A stretch of 63,867 nt of DNA, filler included, from Stramenopiles sp. TOSAG23-6 (lineage: Eukaryota), in NCBI GenBank assembly GCA_900128565.1. It is 3 parts of 3 records of this genome, joined end to end, with 100 filler letters (N's around TTAATTAATTAA, not from the genome) between each part and the next. Parts side by side here need not be neighbours in the genome. Positions count along the whole stretch, not along the records: positions 1 to 21,870 come from LT636022.1; 2 more parts are not named here. The stretch is one strand, 5' to 3'. The notes beneath the pieces were generated by a model, which was not told the origin of the DNA, did not search any database, and saw only the letters and a list, made by a program, of their open reading frames with translations. The position numbers and the translations under genes were made by a program. Shown piece by piece: positions 11,361-21,970 of the stretch (positions are counted from its first letter, which is position 1; the number at the start of each line of letters is the position of its first letter).

Positions 11361-12272
11361 TTATATTTTAACAATTTTTAAGTTTTTCGCTTTATAATTT
11401 CGAATTTGAGTTCCATTTTCTTTCAAAAATTCAATCATCCATTTGTTTTTGGCATGATTAAATTTCAATACATTTCCTGTAAGACCTTTGCAAGAACCAG
11501 CAACAGCAACAACACATTTCCCAGTTACAATTTCATCACCATTTTCATCGTGGTTTTGTGCTGGAATTACTACTTGACTTATAGTAAGCGATCGCCTATT
11601 CATTTCTAAAGCAATTTTATCTTCTACTGTTTGATGAAATTGTTCACTATCTTCAAGATCGAGGTAAATATCGTTTAGTTCTTTTGACTTTCTTACTTCA
11701 AGAGACATAGTCTTCAAAGCTTTCTCAAGTTTCGATGTTGCTTCACTGAGGTTTAGTATAGGTTCAGATTGACTTGGTTTTGGAGAATTTTTTTTTGATC
11801 GATTTGGTCTAGGTGGTGGCATTTTTTTCCCCAAATGAATTGCTGGTTTTGGCATTGGCGCTGACGGCAATGGAGGAGGGCATCTCCGAGTCTTCTGTAT
11901 TGGTGATGCTCGAGGAGACAAAATATTCGGTGATAATCTGCCTGACACAGGAACTGACTTCTTTATTGAACTTTGCGTCGGTGGAAATGAATGTATTTGA
12001 TTTCTTTTAGATCGAGAAAGTGGTGTTTTAATTGTATGTGGGAGAGGTGGTGGCCCTTTCTTATGTAATTTTGTTTTAGGTAGAGGTGGTGGAACGTTTT
12101 TGTTTTTAAGTGTAAACTTTCGTCCAAATGTGACGTTTGGCATGACAGACACATATCCCCCTCGTGACTTTACAGAGTTGAGTTCTGTATCCTCAACTTC
12201 CAAAAAGTTTTCGTAGTTTTCTTTGTTATGTATTGTACGATCATTTGAAGTATATGATGCATTATAATCCAT
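11361..12272 (-). CDS. Proline-rich protein with C-terminal KOW/SH3-like fold
   Basis: PPPLP repeats; C-terminal GKCVVAVAGSCKGLTGNVLK resembles a KOW motif; first ATG at 12272. Confidence 0.6.
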   Translation of the reverse strand: MDYNASYTSNDRTIHNKENYENFLEVEDTELNSVKSRGGYVSVMPNVTFGRKFTLKNKNVPPPLPKTKLHKKGPPPLPHTIKTPLSRSKRNQIHSFPPTQSSIKKSVPVSGRLSPNILSPRASPIQKTRRCPPPLPSAPMPKPAIHLGKKMPPPRPNRSKKNSPKPSQSEPILNLSEATSKLEKALKTMSLEVRKSKELNDIYLDLEDSEQFHQTVEDKIALEMNRRSLTISQVVIPAQNHDENGDEIVTGKCVVAVAGSCKGLTGNVLKFNHAKNKWMIEFLKENGTQIRNYKAKNLKIVKI

Positions 12273-12534
12273 ACTTAGAATACGTGGTAATAAAACTGAT
12301 TTTAGTTTGATTTCTTCTACGGTAGTTTGATAGTGGAAATTCAAAATGATGAACGGAAATTTGTAAATGGTACGGAATTTCGTACTTAATATTTCATTTT
12401 GACTGACTATAATTATTTAAAAAAAATAGGAAATCGAGCAGTTTTGTTCCTTTAGGTCAAAACTCTGAAAAAAGAAGATTTTTTTTTCAGAAATTCCTTT
12501 TATTTAAAATGTTATAATATTTCTATTGTATAGA

Positions 12535-13873
12535 TTAGAAACATTTAGATCTCACTATTGTTTGACCAACATCATCATATTCTTGTTTTGTAATTTTCAT
12601 ATTTTTAAATGTACTCAATGAAGCTAGCATTGAGCCTCCTATCCAAGCTCCATATTTTCTCTGTGAATCTGAAAATACTTTTGTAGGTATTTCTATACCA
12701 TTTTGGTACGAAATATCTTGTTGCAATCTATTTATATAATTGGGTAACATGGAAGAGCCTCCAGAAATTACGACTGCATCATATAAAGTATTGCGAGTAT
12801 CTTCATCACATCCTAAAATGCTATCCTGTACTAATTGTGCCACTCCAGCTTCTGAGGCAACTGTATTGTGAAAAAATATTTTTTTTTTTTTTTACCGAAA
12901 ATAAAAAAAAAATCGTTAGGTACAAAATTTGGTACAAAATATTTTTTTAAAATTAAAATTTTGAAATTGAAAACGTACATTCTCGACCTAAAATTTCTGG
13001 GTTAAAAAGCGCCTCAGTACAAGTATATCTAGAAGCAGGATCAATTTGAATGATCTCACCATCGGGTAATTCATAATCAACACCATATCCTCCATCTTTT
13101 AGCTCATTTTGCAAATGTAGAGAAACAGCACAGGTAGCTTCTTTAATTTTTTGAACAATTGACATTTGCGATCTAGAAAATTTTCGACCACGCGAAGAAA
13201 GCATTTTCTGTAAATGTTTATCAATTTCGAGGCCAGCAACTTTATTTTTTTGCGATGCATAGCGTAGACCATATCCTTCGAAGACGGGTAGGGTTGTTGT
13301 CGCACCACCGCCAGCCTCTACAGCTAACCCATTAGTTCTCCCAGTTGAAAATAGAGAAAGTACAGGCTGTGGTGCCACATAAAATCCATTCACTTTAATT
13401 TTTTCAAACATAATTCTACACATATATTCTCTATTCTTGTTATTATTTTGACAAGAATCTGTCAGTAAAACTGGAAGATTATCCACCTCAGGATCAACGT
13501 CCATTGCCTCATACAGTGCCCAATCCCATATTTGTTCAATTGATTCTCTTTTCCCCTCTTTTGAAGACATTTCTCCATTGACAATTGGATAAGTTAAAGA
13601 CATTTTGTTTCTACGGGATAAAGCTGCTTCACCAACAGCAAAACCTTTTTCACTGATTCGAGCAGATACGTCATTTATCCGTCGTTTTTTCTGTTTTCCC
13701 AAAGTTTTTTTTCTAGGTTTGTCGGAATTCGTGTCATCATTACTACCAAGACCTACTGCTGGTTGACCAACTACCGTACGGAATACTGACTGTGGTTGAT
13801 CTTCTCCCGAATAACCTACTTTAGTAGAGAAACTACCAGCATCTATAACGATGGTTTGTTTTACGCTCTTCAT
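12535..13873 (-). CDS. Actin-related protein; exons 13873-12979, 12860-12535
   Basis: IVIDAGSFSTKVGYSGED, YELPDG, VVISGGSSMLP and RKYGAWIGGSMLASLSTF...KCF. Confidence 0.92.
12861..12978 (-). other. Family intron, GT-AG (118 nt)
   Basis: GAA T|GTACGT...GTACCTAAC...AATACAG|TT GCC joins the two actin-like ORFs in frame. Confidence 0.9.
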
Positions 13874-14075
13874 TGAATTTGACTTGAAAAAAACAGTGTG
13901 AAAGATCTTGAGGTCTTGGAGAAGAGAAATTTCTTGTAACGTTTTTTTAAGGTACCGGGTAACTTCTTTTTATTCCGGATAATATTTATAATTATTCTGT
14001 CCCCTTAACCACTTGAACACATTTTTTTTTCAATTTTTAATTTATTATTTTTTTGAAACTTTGCTCAAAATTCCG

Positions 14076-16428
14076 TCAAAATTCCTGAAATGTAAAATAA
14101 TTGGTATGCTCTTTGAATCCATAATCAAAAGGACTATAATTGTAAAGACTTTGCATTTCATTTATGTCTATCCCACAAGTTTGCAATGACTTTTCTAGTT
14201 GCTCTATATAATGAAGGTTATCAATCCTTGTTAATTTTCGTTTCAATTTCGAATTTAATGTATCAAATTTTTTACTTTGTCTGGAGTGAAAGTTAACAGA
14301 GTCCTTGTACCATTTCTGTGTGTATGTAATATATAACATTGGCCTGATTACATTACTTTTGTTTTCACCTCCCCCATGTATTTTGGAAAAATATTATTTT
14401 TTTTCGGTAAAAATTTGTTAGGTACAAAATTTCGTATGAAAAAAAAAANGTNAAAAATTCAATTTTGAAAACGTACATGAGTTAATTTCATATCAAAAAA
14501 TATTGCGCCACCTGCATTAAGTTGAGGTGAAAGAATATATTTTGAATCTTCCCTTTTATTTCTATGTGAATTTATATGAAACCTTGTCGGGCCATGTTCT
14601 TGTTTTATATCTATAAGTGGCCAAAATGAAATTATGTATTTTGGAAAAATATTTCAAAAAAAATCGTTAGGTACAAAATTGCGTACGAAAAAAAAACGAA
14701 TTTGAAAAAAAATTAAAACATACATACCATGTGACTTTTGAGTTTTGCCATCCGAAAACAACGGCCCAGTATCAGCATAAAATGTAAACAATATATCAAA
14801 ATGAAAAATAAAATATGTATTCATATGGAAGATGAAAACATCATATATTTTCTATAGATTTTGTAATACAAAAAGGGATTGAAAGTATTCCTTTACAATA
14901 AGTAAAAAAAATGAATATTTCATACGAAAATTCATACCTAACAAAATAAATAAAGTAAAACATACATGGATTATGAAAAAATATTTCAAAAAAAATCTAA
15001 AAAAAATCGTTAGGTACAAAATTTCGTACGAAAAAAAAAAGACGAATTTGAAAAAAAATAAAACATACATGAGAATGCTGACTTTTTGTCTTTGCTAATG
15101 ATGTCACGGATGAGAGTATACCTATTTCAAAATCATCATTTCCAAGTATTGAATTTAATAAATAATTCACTACTTTATTATCAACCAGCCCCGGATCATC
15201 AAATGTATCGTGAAAAAATATTTTATTTTTATTTTTTTGTTAGGTACAAAATTTCGTACGAAAAAAAAAACATCAAAATTGAAAAAAAATAAAACATACA
15301 TGGTTTTTGTAAAGGTAGATGAACGAGATAACGACCCTCAGAGCTAATCTTTCCCCTAGGGGAATTGTACTTGTCAATTTTCGTTTTCGATTCGTCTAAA
15401 TATTTCTTGAATTCAATTTTTTGAGCTTTTTGAATGTCTCTCAATAAGGATCCATTTATCACGTTTTCTATTGCAACAACACCACATGTATCAAGTATTC
15501 GAATTGCATGCCCAAGTATACGTAATGTTTCGATACTCTCTTTGTACATCGATCGAATTGAACTTGGTATATAAACAGTTATTTTTTCTGTTGTACTACA
15601 CCAGTTTTTGAGTTTTTCGTCTATACTGTTATATTTTAAACGCCAATCAATATACTTTCCACTAAATGTCCAATCGAGAGGCTTAATAATGATACCATTG
15701 TCTTTCGCTCTTTGAATAAGTCTAGATAAATGTTGTTCACTTTGAACTTCTATAGTTCTATCAAAACCACAATTCAAGGCAAGAACTTTTTGGAATGTTG
15801 TAATTGCAGCTGAAAGAAAATAGGTTCTTTCATCCTCTTTTCCTAACCAAATGAGACGCATGTATTGTGAAAAATATTTTTCTTGTAAAATTTGTTAGGT
15901 ACAAAATTCACTACGAAAAAAAACTTCATACAAAAAAAAAAATAAAACATACATTTGCGTAATCGCAATGTCATACAAATTAGCCACATTGTATTTTTCA
16001 CGAGCAACATCAATGAATAGTTGAAGCGCAAGTTGACTCTTTTCTTTGTCAGAGTAGTGTTGATTAGATAAGTCAATTGCTTTACTTCGTAATGCTTTTG
16101 AAGTTAAACATTTGTATGGTTCCATCGCCCACGCCTTTACGACTTGACGTTGCTGTACTGTATCAGATATACCAAACTCAGATAAAGCTGCACCGGATTG
16201 AGATTCCTCCAAAATAGCAGAAAAAACTTCACCTTCAATATCTTCGTTCAATATTAATTTCGAACGCTCGGAACGCACGTTGTAATTATCAACGTCTCCA
16301 AGCAAATTATTCAACCAAACTACTATTTCAGTAGAACTCCAGCTTGACTGTGCTTTCTGATTTTTAACACATTGGGCATATAATACAACTACTAATGATA
16401 GATGAAGAGTAAATGTAAAAGACAACAT
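14076..16428 (-). CDS. PhyH-type Fe(II)/2-oxoglutarate dioxygenase with signal peptide and SAM-like N-terminal region; exons 16428-15953, 15859-15300, 15202-15069, 14776-14724, 14633-14477, 14375-14076
   Basis: After removing the inserts: QHSH-ADTGPLF (HxD), FWPLIDIKQEHGPTRF...SH, AGGAIFFDMKLTH-GGGENKS...RPMLYITY. All exon phases are compatible. Confidence 0.85.
14376..14476 (-). other. Family intron, GT-AT (101 nt)
   Basis: ACT CAT|GTACGT...AAATACAT|GGG restores the HGGGEN distal-His motif. Confidence 0.88.
14634..14723 (-). other. Family intron, GT-AT (90 nt)
   Basis: GGT AT|GTATGT...AAATACAT|A ATT; frame restored. Confidence 0.85.
14777..14965 (-). other. Second, abutting GT-AT intron segment containing an inverted family core
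   Basis: Starts GTATGTTTT directly after the preceding element and ends TTTTAT|GCT GAT, as the HxD motif requires. Confidence 0.65.
14966..15068 (-). other. Family intron, GT-AT (103 nt)
   Basis: TCT CAT|GTATGT...GTACCTAAC...ATAATCCAT|. Confidence 0.8.
15203..15299 (-). other. Family intron, GT-AT (97 nt)
   Basis: CCA T|GTATGT...GATACAT|TT GAT gives KPFDDP. Confidence 0.85.
15860..15952 (-). other. Family intron, GT-AT (93 nt)
   Basis: CAA AT|GTATGT...AATACAT|G CGT joins ORFs 15895-16449 and 15229-15861. Confidence 0.85.
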
Positions 16429-16808
16429 GATGGAACTTGAAAAATACACACTAGTACGATATTAGCTAGTACCCAATATCTGCACACAAAAAAAAAATCT
16501 AACAAGAACGACGAAATCTCCGAAAAAATGGAAAAAATGTCCGATGAGTGTTTTTTTTGCTCTCGTTAGGGTTAGGGTTGCCTTTGATGTTTTTTTAAGA
16601 AGCAAAGAAGGCCTGACAGGCTGACACAAGTGGATAATAGCGCGATAATAGCCCACAATGCATCGAATGTAGTTTTTGTTACTGGACAACAAAAATAGTG
16701 ACAGTTCATCACAAAAGAAATTTGAAAAACACGAATTTTCTGATTAAACTTAAATAGGAGATAAAACTGTTTTTTTTTTTATTTTCTTGAATAATATTAC
16801 ATTTTGCA

Positions 16809-17570
16809 TCAAACTGGTTTCTCAGCTGGTTTATCTACGTCTGAAGATACTTCATCCCCACTATGACTAGATGGCTGGTTATGTATTAAACCAAGCGAAG
16901 CAGCTCGATCCCGTAAGGCTAGAACTGACCGAACATCACGCAAATGTTGAATTTGTTCAAGAAATGGGAGGATATCTAATAAGGCAGTATCATTTGGGTC
17001 ATCTACCCAACCACAAATAGGCACTGCATTTTTCTCACATAGAGAGTAACAAACAGGAGAGTTATCAACTAAAAGAACTTTAGATTGGTCAGCTCGAACT
17101 TTGCTTAAATCTTTCATAAAACATCCAGCCACTTCAGTGCAGCTCTGACGATAATATCTCTGCCTTACAACTCCCTTAGTATCAATACGATCGACAACAG
17201 GATCCGCATATAGTCTTTTACTAGCTGTAAATATTGCAATGTTATACCACTGACTGACATTTTCTAAAAATTCAAGTAAATGAGGCCGACACGATACGTA
17301 AAAGGTACATAATCTAGAACCCTCGTCGAACACATTTACCATAAAATCATAGTCTGAAGTTGGCCGTGTTGTAGAATGTACAAGAGTTTCATCTAAATCT
17401 AACACGAGAGTACATCTATTATGCACTCGCGCACTTACACGCGACTTACCATACAATCGAGTATGACTACAGTTCCTTGATAGACGAGATTTGGTAGCAC
17501 GAGTCTTACCAGTGGACTCATCGTGTGGGAAAAGTTGTGACAGAAACCACGAAGCAACTGTCGAAGCCAT
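16809..17570 (-). CDS. FCP1/CTDSP (NIF) family HAD phosphatase, Dullard/NEM1-like
   Basis: LVLDLDETLVHS, RPHLLEFL, FTAS..YADPVVD and KDLS...LVDNSP motifs. Confidence 0.92.
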   Translation of the reverse strand: MASTVASWFLSQLFPHDESTGKTRATKSRLSRNCSHTRLYGKSRVSARVHNRCTLVLDLDETLVHSTTRPTSDYDFMVNVFDEGSRLCTFYVSCRPHLLEFLENVSQWYNIAIFTASKRLYADPVVDRIDTKGVVRQRYYRQSCTEVAGCFMKDLSKVRADQSKVLLVDNSPVCYSLCEKNAVPICGWVDDPNDTALLDILPFLEQIQHLRDVRSVLALRDRAASLGLIHNQPSSHSGDEVSSDVDKPAEKPV

Positions 17571-17890
17571 TTCTATACTTGTTTATATTACTATTCAATA
17601 TCGATGTGGGTTTCTGGTATCACCCAATTTTTAATCGTTTACTGTAGGTTGCTTGCCCAATTATTAATAAATAGTAGGGAATTTAAGCAAGAAGAACTTG
17701 GCCAAAAACCAGAATGTTCTGTGATTGTGAAGATCCGTTTTACGTTTTACACGAAATAAAAAAAAAAATTGCAATGAATTTTTTTTGATGTTGATTGATG
17801 TTTCAAATGTTTGAATTGAAGAAGAGTTCTAAATTCTAATTCTTCCTCCTCCTCGAGGCTATCATATTTAGAGACTGTCAATTATACAAC

Positions 17891-18989
17891 ATGACCCCAA
17901 TTGTCCAAGTGAAAGCTGGTCTTATGGACCCTGCGTATTTCTTAGGTCGCCGTGAACTAGTCCAATGGGTTAATGCTGAGATTAACACAAATTATCAGAA
18001 AGTGGAAGAGACTGCTTCAGGTGCAGCTGTAGTCCAGCTCTTAGACAAATGTTTCCCAAAAAAGGTTCCTATGCATAAAGTCAACTGGGCTGCTAAAGCA
18101 GATTACGAATATATTCAGAACTACAAAATTATCCAAAAGCTTTTCAACAAATTTAAGGTTGAAAAGCACGTTGATGTCAACAAACTTATTCGTGGAAAGT
18201 ATCAGGATAATCTTGAATGGTTACAGTGGATGAAAGCATTTTTTGAAGCAAACTATAACGAAGCTGAAGAGTACGACGCAGTAGCACGCCGCGCCAAAGG
18301 GAAAGGTGGCTCAAAAGTTAAAACAAATTCAGGTAAGCCTCTAGCTCGTGCACAACGTAAATTGGCAGCTACTCCAGCTCCCGGTGCTGCTGCTCGAAAA
18401 AACAAAAGTCCTGCTAAAAAAGTTCGAGAAGAGTCTCCTTTGAAAGCTGCTTCGTTGAAAGAAAATAATGTAACTTCTCATGTTGGTGCACCAAGACCCC
18501 CGGCTTCAGCATCATCTGAAGCATCAGCGGCATTGAAAGAAAAATGCAAAAATTTGAAAAAAACAAACGAAAAACTCACAACGAAGAATACTTCTCTAAC
18601 TCAGTCAAATGCCGAATTAAAACTAATGGTTGATGGACTCGAGAAGGAACGCGATTTTTACTTTGCAAAACTTCGAGAAGTGGAAGTAATGTTACAAGAC
18701 GTGTACGTTATCATTTCCATTTTTTACCAACATTTTTTTTATAGAAAATTTTGTATGTAACAAAAAAACATTACCAAAAAAAAAATCCTAAACTCTAACT
18801 CTAATTTTTACTAAAAAAAATATTTTTTCATAACTCATGGTGGACGGTAACGACAAAGATATCGAAAAGCCAGATGATGAATCTCAGGTCAAAAAACTTC
18901 TTGATAAGTGTTTTGCTCTTTTATACGCATCCGAAGAAGGCAGCGAGGATTCAACTACAGAACAAGAAACTGGACAAGTTGTTGCGTAG
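17891..18989 (+). CDS. EB1: Microtubule plus-end binding protein EB1 (RP/EB family); exons 17891-18702, 18839-18989
   Basis: CH domain (GRRELVQWVN...GKYQDNLEWLQWMK), EBH motif LEKERDFYFAKLREVE, and LLYASEEG in exon 2. Confidence 0.95.
18703..18838 (+). other. Diverged family intron, GT-AT (136 nt)
   Basis: GAC GT|GTACGT...ATATTTTTTCATAACTCAT|G GTG restores the frame; the next two AGs downstream are out of frame. Confidence 0.75.
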
Positions 18990-19054
18990 TTTTAAGTACA
19001 AAAAATAGTACGAAATCGTTGCGTAGTTTTAAGTACAAAAAATAGTACGAAATC
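18981..19054 (+). repeat. 37-bp perfect tandem duplication spanning the EB1 stop codon
   Basis: gttgcgtagttttaagtacaaaaaatagtacgaaatc occurs twice in tandem. Confidence 0.9.
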
Positions 19055-19325
19055 TCACTATACGTACAACACTGCGTAGTCGTCTAATTACTACTACAAC
19101 TATATATTAATATATAGCTATATGGTCTAGTACTCAAAAACGTTTCTGATATGATATAGATGTTATAACAAAGATAGGAGAGCAAGGCTAAACAATAATA
19201 AATGAAACATTTTTACAACAAAAATAAAAAGTGTTTCATCTCAAATTTATTTTGTTCAAGTTATTTACATTTTAAATTATTTGATGTTTTTACATTAATT
19301 TAAAAATCATGCGCATTCAGTTAAA

Positions 19326-19664
19326 CTAGTATACCTCAATGAAAGGAGGAGTAAAACTGAACTTAACGATATTTAAAAGTCTCAGGGCGACGAGTGTATT
19401 TACAAGGAGAATAAAGCAAATGACGGCAGTAATAGCGTACCATTTAGATTTTAAAGCCGTTTTACGAGCTTCTTTTCGATAGCCATTATTTTTTTGTTGG
19501 CTTGAAATGTAATGGTAACGTACTGAAAAGATACCAATTGGGAAAAACATAACTAAACTCAACCAAGATAACCACATATAACTAGGCACATATATTATAT
19601 CGTCCGCCAGACCAATTCTGTGCTGGACTGGAAGGTCCTGAGTAGTATAACTAAAATATTGCAT
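19326..19664 (-). CDS. CD225/dispanin (IFITM-like) small membrane protein
   Basis: VPSYMWLSWLSLVMFFPIGIFSV...G...EARK.A..SK followed by a second hydrophobic helix. Confidence 0.7.
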   Translation of the reverse strand: MQYFSYTTQDLPVQHRIGLADDIIYVPSYMWLSWLSLVMFFPIGIFSVRYHYISSQQKNNGYRKEARKTALKSKWYAITAVICFILLVNTLVALRLLNIVKFSFTPPFIEVY

Positions 19665-20136
19665 CCTTTTTTCAAATAACTATGTCTATACTTAAGAGAC
19701 TATATTACTTTCAACACTCTAGTATTGTGCCTATATTATGATCAATTCAACTGAGTTATTTAATGAATATCCGGGGCTGTGAAGCACTGTTAAAGAAACC
19801 ACCGGTCAGGCACAGTTGCAAAGAAGCCGCTGCAGGAACTGAGCGGTCAAGCTGTTAAATTCCTGAAAATGGTACCCGGATCACCACATGCCGAATGCCG
19901 AAAAATAAAAATTGAATAATTTTTCGCCCGCTCGCTCGGCAAAAAGATTTTTTTTTGAGTAGCATTTTTATCTCAGATCATCTAAAAAAGGTTCATAATA
20001 TTATTATTTAAACAGGTCTACTTGTGGTGAGCAATTATTATATAAACACAATATAACTGTCATGATTTGGGTAAAGGGTTGTGCTTAAGATTGGGTTCAT
20101 TACAGTGGTGCTTTTATTATTGCTAGTCCACAAAAG

Positions 20137-21785
20137 ATGCTACCCAAGTTGAGTATTTCACTTCCAGAAACTGAGAGTACGCCGTCTCGTAAGTCTTATA
20201 AACCCCTTTCTCCTCTTTCAACAAAGCGTACGTTCAGCGGCGTCGGATCACCATTATCTCGTCGTCCAAGTAAGAAAGTGCTTGAAACACCAAATCATTC
20301 TTTTGTAGATATAAAATTACTTGAACGTATCTTTTTAGACTTGGATCGCGATGGAGATGGTTTAATATCTCGTGATGAGTTTAGGGAAATCTGCTCTAAT
20401 ACAGATTATTTAAATCTCAGCCCAGAAGAAGTAGAGCGAGTGTTCCGTTGCATGGATCGTTCTGAACGCGGTGTCCTGAATTTTAAGCAGTTCAAAAAGG
20501 CAATTCGTCGAAGGAGGTTTATGTCGAGTATAGTGAGCACATATCACGTCAATTTTTTATTCAAAGTTATGCCAAACTACGACTACACAAAGTCGACAGC
20601 TGTGAACTATAAATCTGGTGACAAGACGTTTCATGGTGATTTTGCTAGTATTCGTAAGAAACTTGACTATTCTTATCATGTAAATTATTGTAAGAAACGT
20701 CAGTTGTGGCAGGATGCGGTAATTAAAAGTGTTGCTTCTCGCGGCGAGAGTCAACCAAATCCTTGGGTTGTTTACACATGTGGTCCAATGGGTGCTGGTA
20801 AAGGCTATGCTCTATCGTGGATGTCAAGATTTGGTTATTTTCCTCTGGAAGACATAGTGCATGTTGATCCAGATCATTTTAAACGCTTGATGCCTGAGTG
20901 GAAAGGATATCTGGAACATGTTTGTTTTCATCATATATTTGAAATTTATTTTTTTTCGTACGAAATTTTGTACCTAACGAATTTTTTTCACTAAAAAAAA
21001 TATTTCGAAATATTTTTTCACAGTATAGGATAATGAAACAGCTGGAACTCACTGTCACTTAGAATCTGCATATATGCAAGAGATTGCACAAGAAGTCGGT
21101 TTACAAGACTCGGTAAATATGTGGATTGATGGTAGTCTTCATGATGTACGTTTTCATTTGAATTTCAAATTTTTTTCATACGAAATTTTGTACCTAACGA
21201 TTTTTTTTTTGAAATATTTTCCCAAAATACACGGTTTATGGTTCTCTCAGGTATTTACCACATTACGTCTACGATTTCCTCAATATCGAATTGCAATTTT
21301 TTATGTATATTGTAGTGAACAAGAAGTTCGAAGACGCATGTATGTTTATATGAATTTCTAATTTAATATTTTTTCATACGAAATTTTGTACCTAACGAAT
21401 TTTTTTTTGAAATATTTTTTCACAATACATCGCTAAACGAGCTGAAGAAACTGGGAGAGTCATTCCTGAGAGTATGATTCAAAATTCTCTAGATTCACCA
21501 ATCAAAAGTTTGCGTTTACTTACACCTAAATGTGATTTTGTTGCTCAAATTAATAATGAAGGTCCAACTCCTATTCTTGAAGCTTTTGAAACTATTGACA
21601 GATCAGGTCGTTGGCAACTCATAAGTAATCAATTTTCAACTGATGCAACGCACCCTCTTGATTTCCCAGAAATTTTATCGCCTCTTTTTGTTTCAAAATT
21701 ATATCCTGTACAATGTAAAATATCAAATAATACTGCATTTGGGCTAGTAGTACCAGATGAAGAAAATTGTAAATTGAGCAATTAT
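20137..21785 (+). CDS. EF-hand + zeta-toxin-like P-loop kinase protein, 3' end lost in gap; exons 20137-20919, 21029-21145, 21233-21339, 21431-21785
   Basis: EF-hand DRDGDGLISRDE; P-loop GPMGAGKG; HVDPDHFK; WIDGSL; RAEETGRVIP. Confidence 0.85.
20920..21028 (+). other. Family intron, GT-AG (109 nt)
   Basis: GAA CAT|GTTTGT...CACAGTATAG|GAT restores the frame. Confidence 0.88.
21146..21232 (+). other. Family intron, GT-AC (87 nt, in frame, stop-free)
   Basis: CAT GAT|GTACGT...CCCAAAATACAC|GGT gives DGSLHDGLWF. Confidence 0.78.
21340..21430 (+). other. Family intron, GT-AT (91 nt)
   Basis: CGC AT|GTATGT...AATACAT|C GCT gives VRRRIAKRAEETGR. Confidence 0.88.
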
Positions 21786-21814
21786 GTATGTTTTATTCAT
21801 CGTACATTTCAAAC

Positions 21815-21849
<35 letters not shown>

Positions 21850-21870
21850 AATATTTTTATAAAAAATTTT
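21786..21870 (+). other. 5' part of a family intron truncated by the gap
   Basis: TAT|GTATGTTTT followed by poly-T up to the Ns. Confidence 0.7.
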
Positions 21871-21970
21871 NNNNNNNNNNNNNNNNNNNNNNNNNNNNNN
21901 NNNNNNNNNNNNNNTTAATTAATTAANNNNNNNNNNNNNNNNNNNNNNNNNNNNNNNNNNNNNNNNNNNN
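21871..21970. other. Assembly gap with artificial TTAATTAATTAA linker
   Basis: N-runs flank a six-frame stop linker. Confidence 0.95.

Noticed and set aside
12369-12389. Core-like palindrome GGTACGGAATTTCGTAC upstream of the proline-rich gene
   Set aside because: No CTAAC, donor or 3' motif in the expected positions; cannot be supported as a family copy, though a decayed one is possible.
14376-15299. Clustered repeats as a CRISPR array or satellite
   Set aside because: Eukaryotic context, irregular spacing, the 'spacers' are coding exons, and no cas genes are present.
21871-21970. TTAATTAATTAA palindrome between N-runs (also 43776-43875)
   Set aside because: An artificial scaffold linker with stops in all frames; adjacency across the gaps is not evidence of real linkage.
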